DNA of 64,000 nt. Origin: Antedon mediterranea (lineage: Eukaryota > Animalia > Echinodermata). Numbering within the stretch: the stretch's first letter is position 1; each line of letters starts with the position of its first letter. Below are positions 35,701-50,700 of this stretch, one piece after another. A model generated the notes under the pieces. That model saw only the letters and a program-made list of their open reading frames with translations. It made no database searches and had not been told where the DNA came from. The DNA lies in NCBI RefSeq assembly GCF_964355755.1, contig NC_092670.1:17160795-17224794 (forward strand). Direction: 5' to 3'. The position numbers and the translations under genes are program-made.

Positions 35701-38700
35701 TATGTATATTTTGTAGGCAAGCCTGGGATTTATCAGTTGAATGCTATTACATTGTGTTTTGTGTGCACCTCTACAATAATTATATGTATATTTTGTAGGC
35801 AAGCCTGGGATTTAGCAGTTGAATGCTATTACATTGTGTTTTGTGTGCACCTCTACAATAATTATTATATGTATATTTTGTAGGCAAGCCTGGGATTTAT
35901 CAGTTGAATGCTATTACATTGTGTTTTGTGTGCACCTCTACAATAATTATATGTATATTTTGTAGGCAAGCTTGGGATTTAGCAGTTGAATGCTATTACA
36001 TTGTGTTTTGTGTGCACCTCTACAATAATTATATGTATATTTTGTAGGCAAGCCTGGGATTTATCAGTTGAATGCTATTACATTGTGTTTTGTGTGCACC
36101 TCTACAATAATTATATGTATATTTTGTAGGCAAGCCTGGGATTTAGCAGTTGAATGCTATTACATTGTGTTTTGTGTGCACCTCTACAATAATTATTATA
36201 TGTATATTTTGTAGGCAAGCTTGGGATTTAGCAGTTGAATGCTATTACATTGTGTTTTGTGTGCACCTCTACAATAATTATATGTATATTTTGTAGGCAA
36301 GCCTGGGATTTAGCAGTTGAATGCTATTACATTGTGTTTTGTGTGTACCTCTACAATAATTATATGTATATTTTGTAGGCAAGCCTGGGATTTAGCAGTT
36401 GAATGCTATTACATTGTGTTTTGTGTGCACCTCTACAATAATTATATGTATATTTTGTAGGCAAGCTTGGGATTTAGCAGTTGAATGCTATTACATTGTG
36501 TTTTGTGTGCACCTCTACAATAATTATATGTATATTTTGTAGGCAAGCCTGGGATTTAGCAGTTGAATGCTATTACATTGTGTTTTGTGTGTACCTCTAC
36601 AAAATTATATGTGTATTTTGTAGGCAAGCTTGGGATTTAGCAGTTTAATGCTATTACATTGTGTTTTGTGTGTACCTCTACAATAATTATTATATGTATA
36701 TTTTGTAGGCAAGCCTGGGATTTAGCAGTTGATATTTGTCTTTCCCAACTTCCTGCTTTATTACAAGGCAAAGAGTACAAACATAGTCCATTTTTTGGTG
36801 AACAACTTACAGCTTTTCAAGTATGGTTAACTGTGGGATCTGATAAACGAAACCCCCCAGAACAACTTCCTATTGTCTTGCAGGTAATTGGATATTTAAT
36901 GTATAAAACATGTTTAGAATAAAGCCTGTTTTATAAAAATCTGTTTTATATATCACTTTTTATTGTAAAAGCATTGTAAAACAAGCGCACTTGTAAATGT
37001 TTCATTGCCAATGGGTAAAGCTACAATTACATAGTGGAACGAAAATGAAAACATCAGCATTAGATATAAAAAAATAGAAAAACTTTTTTAAAACTCAAGC
37101 AAATGTAAATATTATTTATCAAAATAAATAAATACTACTATCTTTTATAAAGTGTGTAAACAGTTAAAAGTCTTGAACTACCTTACTATTGTTAAACAGC
37201 ATTGTCCAATAATGTATTGCATATCTGTGTGATTATTTATGTCTTTTTAATAAGGTACTACTAAGCCAAGTTCATCGGTTACGTGCTCTTGATCTGCTTG
37301 GACGGTTTCTTGATTTAGGCCCATGGGCTGTAAGTCTTGTAAGTAAACTATTATTACTTGGACGGTGGATTTCACTTTTGACAGTCGTTGATCATGTGAC
37401 TAAATAAGAAAAGGACATTCGCTACTAAATTCACTTTTGACAGTCCTTGATCATGTGACTAAATAAAAAAAGGACATGGTTACTAAATTCACATTAGTTT
37501 GTCCCCAACAATACAATACAATTCAGTATGTCCACAATTGTTATTCACTTTTAATGACTTTATTCATTTAATTTAATTAGCAAATTTTTCTTACAGGCAC
37601 TATCAGTTGGAATTTTCCCATATGTATTAAAGTTATTACAGAGTTCAGCCCGTGAACTTCGACCTCTGCTAGTCTTCATCTGGGCTAAGATACTAGCAGT
37701 TGATCGAGTAAGTCATTGTTTTTTGCAATTTTTTTTTCTGATTTGCTTTGTGTGTGTTTGTTTACACTATAGATTTTTTCGATTAGTAAATCTTTAAAAC
37801 TTCTTTTTTAGTCTTGCCAAGCTGATCTTGTTAAAGACCATGGGCACAAGTATTTTTTGTCTGTTCTTGCAGACCCATTTATGCCAGTAAGTATCAATAC
37901 ATATAATAAACATCTTTATTTACAATATTATTACATTTGTCAATTACAAATCTCCCTACACCTATAAATACATTCTAAAACCACAACCTAAATGTGTTCT
38001 GTTTCTGGAGAGTTGATTGTATTACTTTATCAGTGGAGTGGAGTTGTAGCTGGGTGGTTTGGATGCACAGTTACCATCCCTTGGCCCTGGGTTCAAATCC
38101 TGTTAAATGTTAAGATTTTTTCTCACAACATGTTCAACTTCACTACCAATAACTTGTTGTATTTATTAGGCTGAGCACAGGACGATGGCAGCCTTTGTAC
38201 TGGCTATGATTGTACATGATTATAGAAATGGCCAGGTAAGCCAATCAGCACACCCATGATGACCATAAATGGTAGCTTTGATGCTTAGCTACAGATCCTG
38301 GAGTCCTGAGTTTAAATCCTGATATCATGATTTTTCTCATGACATAAAATAACCCTACTGTCAGATATGTTTATGCAGAGCATCGTGTGTATGTTTTCTG
38401 TAATATAATATTACTGTAACTGTAAATAATTACTGTACATATTTTATTATTAGGTGATCATTTAGAATAAAATGATCACCTATTGTTATTGTATCAAATC
38501 TTTATTGGTTATCCGCAACGAAGTTGCAGGATAACCTCTTGTGATTGTACGAAATCATCATCTTTTTATTTTTCTTCTTTCTTTCTGTATGATTTTTGTG
38601 TAACGCTTTTCTCTAAAACTCGCAAACATAACATTTCGGTAACTATCTTAACATATTGACATTTACGTAACGTCGTCAAGCGAAGCTTTTCATGATGTTT

Positions 38701-41700
38701 GCAATTGCGCAACGTGACGTACGCGCGATTTAACGTTTTTCTCGTATTTAACATATGTTGAAAACCAAATAACATTTCAACTTGAAACTTCGCAAAAGTT
38801 TAATTTATATCATGCGCTAACTTTATGTTGAAAAAAAATTGCGTGTTTTACACAAAGTTACGCGCGCACGCGCATTTAAAATTTCAAAATGCGCAAAATT
38901 AATTTATAATCAACTTTCTACGCGTTTCTGGTCGTTTTAAGCATTTCAAAAATTCCCACGCGTGCGCACATTTTTACGTGTGCGGTACGCACGTAGCATT
39001 GAAAACGTATTTTTTTCGCGATTTATGTTTTTCCAGCCTTTTCTAGTAATTTTACCAAATTTTAAACAATTTCGACTTAAAGATACGTCATACGAGTACG
39101 TCGAATTGGACAATTTGTGCGCGTTTTTTATGAAAAGGTTAAAAAATTCGTTTAAAATATGCCTTTTTTTAAACAGTCGTAATTTCTAAACTAGACGGTC
39201 AATTTTTTGTGGATGACATATTCTGGAAGTAGATGAGTGGTAGATATCGGATCAGGTATTGATATGGCTAACCGGACATTGTGACGTCATCGTATGGCCA
39301 CGCAAATATAAAATTTAGGATTTTTGTATCTTTCGTCATAGCTCATCACATTGAATAGAGCGCATCTCCACTTATTCGTTTTCCATTTTCACCCCGATTT
39401 TGATATTGTCTAGGTCAATCAACTATCTTTCGCATGAGTTAAAAATATTTTAATTTTTTTGACGTCATCATGCCTAAAAATTTAAATCACGTGTGGCATT
39501 AATTTCATCTTTACAGTAAATTTTAATCTGTTATAGCTCGTAAGAATAAAATGTGATAATCAAGATTAAAACTTTTTCTGGAAGCTATTGAATTTTAGAT
39601 ACGAAATTATGTAAAAATGTTGCCAATCGGATGTTGTGACGTCATCATATGGCCAGTTATATAAAAAAGGTCGTATTTTCATCTTTTGCGTCATAATTCA
39701 TTACATTTAAACGAGCGCGCATCAATATTTCACGTATTCAAATTTCTTCTACATGCTAATACGTTGTTGCTGAGATAATTTCCTTTCGGAATTGCTAACT
39801 TCGCGTTTCATTTTAAAACCGTCAACACGTTAAAAATTGCAATAAATAGCGGGTCCCGTAATTTCACCTATTCTATGTATGTCACTGTATGTGATATGGA
39901 TACAGATTATACTATGTATACTATATATGAATTTAAATAATAAAATTCAGCAACATATCATATTCTTCAGTTCAGGTCATAATGCCAACGTGAACACTTC
40001 CTTTTGTCCTCAACCTATCCCCTTAATGTTAATGTTGCACCACTTGCGCGGCGGATAACCAAACTCGTCAAAGTGACGAGTTACATGTCTAGTTAGTTAT
40101 CCGCTTAGTAGCGGATAACTCCTTGTGATTGTATTGGATCAATATTTTTCTGTATTATTCTTCTTTCTTTCCTTCCTTTTTGTGAGGCGCGTTTCTCTGA
40201 AATGGGTAAACATAACATTTCATAACTTTGTCAAAACATGGGCATTTATGTGAAGTTGTGCACCTCCTATTTTGAATGACGTCAGAGTTGCGCAACGTGA
40301 CTTACGCGCGATTTTATGATTTTTTATGATTGATCTTAGATTAAAAACCAAGCATAATTTTTTTTTTACACTTTCTGAAAATTTAAGTCATATCAAGGGC
40401 AATCTTTCTGTTGATTGAAAATGGCATGTTTTACAAGAAGTTACGCGCGCACGCGCATTTAAAATTTTAAAATGCGCAAAATTAATTTCTAATCAACTTT
40501 TTACGCCATTCATGACATTTTGCGCATGTCAAAATTTCCCGCGCACGCAAACAATTTTACACGTGCGGTGCGCACGCAGCATGAAAATCATGTTTTTTTA
40601 TATTAAATTGTGATTTTTCAGCCTTTCCTAGTCATTTTTAATAAGATTAACATCATTTCAAATTAAAATGACGTCATACGTACACGTTGATTTAGACCAT
40701 TTGCGTGCGTTGTAGTTGCAAAAGTTACAAAATATTGTCAAAATTATGCCTATTTTGAATCTATTATAGCTCCTCAGGATCAACCGTTACCCCTGATTTT
40801 TTTAATTTAATATGAAAGCAGTTATGTTGTAGATATGAATTCATGCAGAATTTTTTCTTCACGGATGTTGTGACGTCATCATATGGCCACACAAATGTAA
40901 AATATAGGATTTTTGTCTCTTTAGTTATTGCTCATCACATTCAATGGAGCGCATCACGTTTATCCATTTTCCATTTTCACCAAGATTTTAACATTGTCTA
41001 GGTCAATCAACTATCTTTTGCATGAGTTAAACATATTTTAATTTTGATGACGTCATCATGCCTAAAAATTTTAATTACGTGGGTCATTAATTTCATTTTT
41101 ACAGTAAATTTTAATCTGTTATAGCTCGTAAGAATAAAATGTGATAATCACGATTAAAACGTTTTCTGGAAGCTATTGGATTGTAGATACGAATTCATGT
41201 AAACATTTTGCCAATCAGATGTAGTGACGTCATCATATGGCCAGTTGAATAAAAAAAGTTGTATTTTTATATTTTTCGTCATAGTTCATCACATTTAAAT
41301 GAGCGCGCATCTATATTTCACGTATCCAAATTTCTTCTACAGGTTAATATGTTGTTGCTGAGATAATATCCTTCCGAAATTGTTATTTTAGTGTTTCATT
41401 TTGATACCGTCGCCATGTTAAAAAATGGTATAAATGACGGGTCCCGTAATTTCACCTATTCTACACTGTATGTAATATGTATACAGATTATACTGTTTAT
41501 ACTGATACTATATGATACAAAATTGACAGAATTCAGCACTAACAACATATCATATTCTTCAGATCAGGTCATAATGCCATAATCTTTATCTGTGTGCAAT
41601 ATTCCAACGTATGGCGTGCACGTGGCGTTTGTCGTTGTGCGGATAACTAACTCGTCAAAGTGACGAGTTTCATGTCTAGTTCTGTATTATTCTTCTGTCT

Positions 41701-44700
41701 TTCTTCCTTTTTTTGTGAGCCCTGTTTCTCTAAAATGTGTGAACAGAACATATCATAACTTTGTCAACATATAGATATTTACGTGACGTTGTGCACCTCC
41801 TATTTTTGAAAAACGTCAGAGTTGCGCAACGTGACTTGCGCGCAATTTTATGAATTTAAATGATTGATCATAGATTAAAAACCGAAAGTCATTTTGTATT
41901 GAGACTTGGTGAAAATTTAATTCATATCAAGAGTCAACTTTCTGTGGATTAAAAATGGCATGTTTCACACAAAGTTACGCGCGCACGCGCATTTAAAATT
42001 TTAAAATGCGAAAAATCAATTTCTAATCAACTTTCTACGCATTTCTTGTCATTTTGAGCATGTCAAAAATTCCCACACGTGCGCAAAGTTTTACGCGCGA
42101 GGGGCGCACGTACCTTTAAAAACATACTTTTTTTGCGTGATTTATGTTTTTCCAGCCTTTTCTAGTAATTTTACCAACTTTTAAACAATTTCGACTTAAA
42201 ATTACGTCATTACAAGCACGTCGAATTGAATAATTTGCGCGCGTATTTGATCAAAAAGCTAAAAAAATCGTCAAAATTATACCTTTTTTTAAACAGTCGT
42301 AGTTTCTAAACTAAACGGTGAAAGTTATTTTTATTACATATTCTGGAAGTTGATGAGTTGTAGATATCAAATCATACATTAATATGGCTAACAGGACATT
42401 TTGACGTCATCGTATGGCCACGCGAATATAAAATATAGGATTTTTGTCTCTTTTGTTATTGCTCATCACATTCAATGGAGCGCATCACGCTTATCCGTAT
42501 TCCATTTTCTCCGAGATTTTAATATTGTCTAGATCAATCAACTACCTTTCGCATGAGTTAAAAATATTTTAATATTTGTAACGTCATCATGCCTAAAAAT
42601 GTTAATTACTTGGGTCATTAATTTCATCTTTACAGTAAATTTTAATCTGTTATAGCTCGTAAGAATAAAATGGGATAATCACGATTAAAACGTTTTCTGG
42701 AAGCTATTGGATTGTAGATACAAAATCATGTAAAAATTTGGCAAATCGGATGTTGTGACGTCATCATATGGCCAGTTAAATAAAAAAAGTCGTATTTTCA
42801 TCTTTTGCGTCATAGTTCATTACATTTAAAAGAGCGCGCATTAATATTTTACGTATTAAAATTTCTTCTACACAATAATATGTTGTTGCTGAGATAATTT
42901 CCTTCCGAAATTCCTATATCAGTGTTTCATTTTCATACCGTCACCATGTTAAAAATTGGAATAAATGACGGGACCCATAATTTCGCCTATCCTACACTGT
43001 ATTAATATGTATACAGATTATACTATGTATACTGTAAATAGTATATGACACAAAATATACAGCATTTAGCACTAACAACATATTATACTCTTCAGTTCAT
43101 GTCAATATGCCATAATCTTTTTCTGTGTCCAATGTATGACGTGCACGTGGCGTTTGTCGTGCGGATAACTAACTCGTCAAAGTGACGAGTTTCATGTCTA
43201 GTTGTTATTTTTGTTTCTGGGCACTATTTTGTGTAACAAATATCTAAAAAAGTTTAATGTCAATGATTACCAAAATTTCACAATGTCTTTCAAATACTTT
43301 AACTTAGTCCTAATAAGCTTTTCAGCGTGATCACTCATCCGTGACGTCATTTATACGCCATTTTGTGAAATCACATTATCAATCATATCTCCATAATTCA
43401 TTATCACATATTAATGAAATTTATTACACGTAAACTTCAGGTCAAGGGTAAAAATATTAGCAAGTAAAAACGCACGCGCACGTAGGGTCACGCGCGTAAA
43501 ATCGCGCGTTTAAAATTTAAAAAGCTCAAAATTAAGTTTTAATCAATTTAGAGCATGAATTAGGCCATTTGCGTGTTTCAAAAAATTACTGCGCAAAAAT
43601 GCGTTTTTGAGCGCGCGATTCTTAAAAAGCGTAAAAATACGAATTTTTTGTAGAAATCGCATTCTACTCACCATCCTTAGTACATTCACCGAATTTGAGT
43701 TCGTTCCGACTTAAAATAATGCTATACGAGCATGTTAAAAATGACAAAATGCGCGCATTAACTGCATAAAAGTGCTGAAAATGATGAAAAATAAGGCATT
43801 TTTAAAATGAAAATAATTCTTCAGAATGCACGATGACCCCCAATTTTTTTTAATTATTCTGGAAGCCATTGAGTTCTAGATATAAATTCATGTACACATT
43901 TGACGTACAAAATGTTGTGAGGTCACCAAATGGCCACTCGAATTTAAAAATTAGGTTTTTTTCTCTTTTGTCATAGATTATCACATTCAACTGAGCGCAT
44001 CTCGGTTATTTTGTGCCCAATTTTCGGTAATTTTTTTTGTATATGATTGCTCATTTAATTATCTTTCTTATGAGCTGTAAACATTTTCATTTTGATGACG
44101 TCATCACGCGTAAAAACTTGAATAACGTAGGTCGTGTAATTTCACCTACACCATACATTTGAATATCTTACAGCTCTTCAGAATCAAATGTGACCTTGAT
44201 GATTATAATTTATTATGAAAGCTGATGAAATGTAGATATGAATTCATATAAAAATTAAGCCTATCGGATGTTGTGACGTTATCATATGGCTAGTTGAAGC
44301 TAAAACGTTGTTTTTAAATTTCTTTAGTCGAAGTTATACAAATTTCAAAGAGCGCGCATTGCGCTTCTACGTGTCAAATTCTCTTCCAATCCTTATATTT
44401 ATTTGCTCAATTAATTATCTTTCGAAATTGTCATCTTCGAGTTTATTTTGATAATTCCATCATACCAAAAAAATAGAACATGATGTGGGTCCCGTAATTT
44501 CACCTATGCTACACTGTATATAGATATACAGTATATACTGTACATATTGTATATGACACATAGGTACAACTCAGCACTATAAGTGTATATGCATCATGTC
44601 ATAGGATGGCGTACATCAGCTTTTTACGATTGCATGTTAACGTACGTGCATGTTTAAAAAATGTTAATGTCAATAAAATGATAAAATTGATCACCTATAA

Positions 44701-47700
44701 TTCGTCAAAGTGACGAATTAAATTCTAGTTAATATTGTTTTTTGTGTGTAAATGATGGTTAGTTCTGTACTACACGTTAATATAGTTATCATTATTATAA
44801 CTAAAAACATTATTATATTATGATTGTTTTTTTTTTTTATGTAGGAAGCAGCTCTTCAAGGCAATGTAATAGCAATATGTTTAGAACAGTTGACTGATAG
44901 TCATCCGCTTTTACGGCAATGGTTAGCTTTATGTCTTGCTAGAGTATGGACTTGCTTTGATGCTGCTCGCTGGTGTGGTGTTAGAGACAGTGCCCATGAA
45001 AAGCTCTACCAACTATTAACTGACCACATACCTGAGGTTTGTACTTTGATGTTATTCCTAGTTTAGATACCTGAATTACCTAATGGAACATGTTGAAGAA
45101 ACTTGATTAATATAGAATCAACCAATTAGCATTAAGATTATATATGCACATGACCCAGTTTTCATACAACAAGACACCTCATTAGCATAAATAGATTCTG
45201 TGAGTGATATGATTAACATTTTAACAATTTCTATTTATCATGCTCAATCATGATGGTAGACATAATCTTTTATATTAAAACATGCCTAATTTATTATTAA
45301 CACTGATTTAATACAATTTCAATATTTTAAGGCTGCTCTAACAAAACACTTTATTCATGTTAAATGTATAGTTTGATTTGTATTACAGTTGTTTAGTTTT
45401 CTTGTATAATGTTTTATTGTAACTGTTTGTATTGTATGGATTGAGTGCAGAATCTGTTTGGGCTTTAGCCTGTTCTCACTCCTGGTTATTTTTTCATTGG
45501 TGACCGAATAAATATTATTTTTATTATTATGTAATCTTGTGAAAAAATTGATATTTAAACAACTGTATAGGACAATACAATAAGTGGTAGCATACTGTAT
45601 ATCATAAATTTTTAAACAGGTACGTGCATCTGCCGTGTTGGCGCTTGGAACATTTATTGGAAATAAGACAACAGAAAAAACTGACCATTCCACTAACATT
45701 GATCATAATGTAGGGATGACATTAATCAATGTAGCAAATGATGGAAGCCCTATAGTTCGAATGGTAAGTTGTATGAATGCTAATCAACACATTATAATAA
45801 TAATAATATTATAATAATCAAGTTTTTCTACAATTAAAATAGCAGAGAGATATGAAATTCAATTTAGTGTGCAATAGAAATAAGGTTAACAATTTTTTTT
45901 AAAACTGTGAACACTTGATTAAATAAAACGGTTATTTTGAACCCATAAGTTATAAATTCATTTTGCAATACTTAAATGTGTATGTTTATATTTGTTATAC
46001 CATCATTACAAAAAGGGAAGGTATAGACAAAGAAACTGATGCAACATTTGAATATTTTTTATTGACATTTTTATAGAGTCATGGCAGGAGTATTATCATA
46101 TGACAATAAGAATGGTTTCTGCAATACATACAGATATACATTGTACTGTTTAAAACAATTTTTTCGAAATGAAAGGTCTCCCCTTATTTTGGTTTCCTTT
46201 GAATTTGAATGTCCCCTTGAAGTGGAGTTGTGGCTTGGTGGTTATGATGCTTGGCTACCACTCCAAGGGTCCTGGGTTCAAGTTCTGTCACATTTCAGGA
46301 TTTTTTCTAAGGACAAAATTACAACTCCCCTCTCAAAGACTTGTAATAAGACTTTGTTTACCTAGAGCATCTTGTTTATATGTTTGTCTTGTGAACCTCT
46401 GAGGTTAAATATGGTGTAAATAAAAAAAAAATATACAATAAACATTGTTTCATTTTCTGCAGGAACTTGTTGTAGCACTCTATCAACTAATTCAACAATT
46501 TGAAGGGCAATTTGCATCTGTTGCTAGACAGATACTAGAAGAAAATGAGTCTTCTCTTGATGAGCAGAGCCTGTCTATACCCCCACCTGTGGCACCTGGT
46601 GGGTTTGTGGTTGTTGTATCTAAGCCTAATGGTAGTGTATACGGTAGTGCATCTGTTTTCGTTTGTCTTTGTAAAAACATTATGTCTGTCATCTTTTTTT
46701 ATATTTGACAAAATGTGTTCCGCTCTACACAATTAAGTCATTAGTATTCTGTATTTTACTATCTCATATCAATATATCAGTTATTTACTTACATTACTTC
46801 CGGGATAAACACAAACTTGTATGACTAGAACCTTTCTACAATCATATTTTCCATAATATTGGAAAGCTATCAAGTTAATTGGTAGCTTTTTATTTATGCC
46901 AAAATGTAACATTTCAGATGTACAGATGTTAAAATTGCAATGATAGTCTTGCCATACAATTTTAACAAATTTGGTTAAATTTCAACAAAAAGTAACTCGT
47001 CGTGCTTTTAAACTATAAAGTCTTGTTTGAGGCTTAGGTAGTGGAGCTGAAAGAGTCATGAGTTACAACCTTAGCACTAGGTCAGGATTGGACCCTGGGA
47101 TTGGAAATCAAGCACGTTAACCACAAAGCTACAGCTCCCTCATTATTATTACTATATAAGTAATTTATTGATGTTTATATAATCTTCATTTGTTGTTTTT
47201 AATGTAATACTTTTCTATTTTTATATGTCACACTTTTTCCTTCTGTGGATTATTAACACTTTCTTTCCATTTCTTGCTGCTGTATCATTTCTTCAATGTT
47301 CTTGCATGATAATACTTTGCAGTGTGTGTTTTGTTTTGTATCCGTTTCAACTGGTGCACTATAAAAACTGCCATTAAATATTGCTTTAATTATAGATTGT
47401 GGGACCATTACAATCAACTCTCCCAAACCACGCATATACTGGCCTAAAATGGAAAGTCTGCAATTCAAGATGAATTTTAAATAGAAAATAATTTGAGAAT
47501 TTGGGAATCTGGCTTTGAAAGAGTTGGTTTTAATGGGAATTCCATTGGTTTTGCTTATGCATTGGTAGCATTGCTTATGCTTGATAGCAGTAGTGTTAAT
47601 TGCTTATTTTCAAGGTATACTATACTGGGTATTGCTAGGCTAAATGAAATTCAATATTTGCAATACTTTATCACTTAAGGTGGTTTTTATGTTGGACAAT

Positions 47701-50700
47701 ATAAGACATATATAATGTTACTTATTACAAGTAGTTAATGATGTTAATATTTTCATCTTGATTGATGTATCCTACAAATAATGATATTACCGTGTAGTAA
47801 TTAAAAAAAAAAACCTCACAGTGTTGATATTTAAAGGTGTGCATGGCAAATAAACACTAGTATTTAGTAAAGTAACACTTGAGGTGCACCATGTGTTTAT
47901 GAAAGTAAATAAAGTTGAGAATGTCTCGTCTATGTTGTAGTTACACGACATACATACGAAGATATTCTTGATTTCCTTTTTCGAAACACATAGTGTACAG
48001 CAACACATACGTTACCTGACATTGTTCATCCTGGTATTGTTCCTGGCATGTTTGCTATTTTTGCATGCTTATTTACCTTCTCTCTTATCCTGTAGATCCC
48101 GAGGTGAATCGTCGAATGTCTGTCAATAATTCAATAAGAAAACAAAGAAATCACAGTCAGGCTTCATTACACAATGCATATCGTACTGGTACAAAACTCA
48201 TTTCTTCATTCACTATAGTTAGGGGATTGTCTATTGGAACTAAGGGGTGCTTAGCTAAATAAAACATTTGTTAGGTTTCATTCAAGCCAGGAGATTGGCA
48301 TTTTCACGGCTGTACGCTGACTTGCATGGGTGAGGGATGGGATCTCTTTTTTTCATGAGAAAGTAGCTATAATGTTTTACATATGGGCCTTAATCTAACA
48401 GTAAAATTAGTAGATTGAAAATCTTATTTTCACTAATACAGTAGTGTGATTTTGTAGTTTGTAGCAAAGAACTTATAACACAAGAATCTCCTGTTCATCC
48501 GAAGCGCGTAACAATTTCGAAAGGCATTGTGGGATAGAATAGAGATATGGGTGGCGCCATTGTGAGCCATGGAGTAGGGCGCCTGCATCAAATTAGAAAG
48601 TCAAAATCATAGAGGGGATCTGCTAATGCTCTAGGGGGGATAGAGTAATTGACTGAGGAGTAGGGCGCCCGCATCAAATTAGAAAGTCAAAATCATAGAG
48701 GGGATCTGCTAATACTCTAGGGGGGTAGAGTAATTGACTTCCTAGTTTGGAGGGGGCGCTGCTCCATGCTGTGAAATGGCGTTGCCCAGTTTGACCTTTT
48801 AACCCTGTACTTCCGATACTGTGTTTTGAATGCAAATTGAAGAACAGGAGATTCTTGTGTTATAAGTTCTTTGTTTGTAGTGATTGTTCGTTTATCTTGT
48901 TCTGCTGTATTGTTTGCATTTGGTAACAAGTACTTATTGTTAATTATTTTCCTGCTCTTTTTACTCTATTATTATATATTTTAATAATACTTTTACAGGC
49001 CTTCCATTGCCGGTTGCTGGTTCACCCAAAGCAGGCTCGGCTTCAGACATAATCCAAACACCTAACGCAGCACCACATAAAAGCGGCAATCACTGGAGCT
49101 CACCGACCAATTCCAGCAGTAATAACTGGAGTTTGTCAAGTAAAGCTTTAACCAAAATCTTTGGAGCATCGACTAATGTTTATATCCAAATATGGAAAAT
49201 AATGTTAATGCTGGCTAGTGATCCTAGCCATGAGGTCAAACAGTTAGCCCATTCGTTGGTCAATGCCATTAATTTGAAGGTAAAATAACTGTAAATGTAT
49301 TAATATGAAAGATACCCACTCGTGATTGGTATTCAAATGTAGTTAAAAACCTTCACAGTATAATTGTAGTCGTGTGTGGGTTTGTACAATTGCAAACATT
49401 TGTATAAGACCAGACATAAATGCTCTCTTTTATGGTATAGATTAAAGTGCTTTTAAACAAATGATGTTAATCTGTAGCCATTCAACTTCCAAGACAACTT
49501 CCAACAGTTGTTGTAATATCAATATTTTAGTCAAGATTTTTATTTATTTATGTATAAAAAATTGAATGTACAATGTATATTACAGGTTACGGTAACGGCA
49601 AAACCAAGGCATTTGAAAGACAAACGTCAAATAAATTCGGCTCCTTCAAGTCCAGTTAGGAACTTAGATGATGAACCTGTCAAAGTAAGGTAAGATCATT
49701 CAATCTCTTATCAATCGGCTCATCAACAGCATTAATTAAAACACAGTCTGATCATTTAAAAAAAAAAATGTTTTATCTGTGATTTTTTTAAAGTGAAAAC
49801 GAAGTTGAATTAGATATACCAATTGAAATTGTGCGTCCAGTTGCTTTAAGACCTGGAGAACCAACACCCCCAGCTAGACCCCAAAATCCTGCACCAATTG
49901 GAATAGGAACCAACAAGGTACCCCATTCTTACCAATTTCCAAGGACTCGCAGGATATTTGATAGAGGACCTGTTATTTCATCTGTAAGAAATGTTATATT
50001 TTTCTCTGATAATTATTTAAGTAGTTTGATGCAGTACAGTTTGCATTATTTGAAAATAATTTATGGACTGTAATTTCATATTATTAAGACCGTTTTACAC
50101 AGACGAGTGGTAACTGTAAACGGTTGAACGAAAACCCTCTCAAGATTGATACAGATGCTATGTGCGACAATCACAATTTTTTCCAATCACCCTTACCGCT
50201 CGTCTGCGTAAATTGGCATTTAGGCTTTCTTCTTGGAGGTATTGGTATGCAATTTGGCAAAAACTGAGGTGCTGCATTAAACAATAAAATTGACCATAAT
50301 TTCTGGCCTACTGTAAATTAAGTGGGGGATTACACTTGAGTATGGGATTATACTTGTATACTGTATGTGTTACATTAATCCACCAGTTACTTCTTCCTTA
50401 TCTAATATAAATATTGAGTGTTACAAGATTGTTGGTCCTCAAAATCTAAATTTGTTACAAAGCTACTATTTACTGTATATTGATGTTTTCAGACTCTGGA
50501 TGATGTTAGTGACATTAGTACAACACAGAACTTAAAAATAGCAACTCAATTTTTAGAGTGGAGTTGTAAATACTTTGCCAGATCAGTAATGAAGGTGAGA
50601 TTTGTGTGCAATCATATTCAATTTTAATGTTAAAATGAATTTAGCACTCATCTTTAAAAGACCATCAATGTGTAATATCTTGTTCACTGTGTTTGATACT

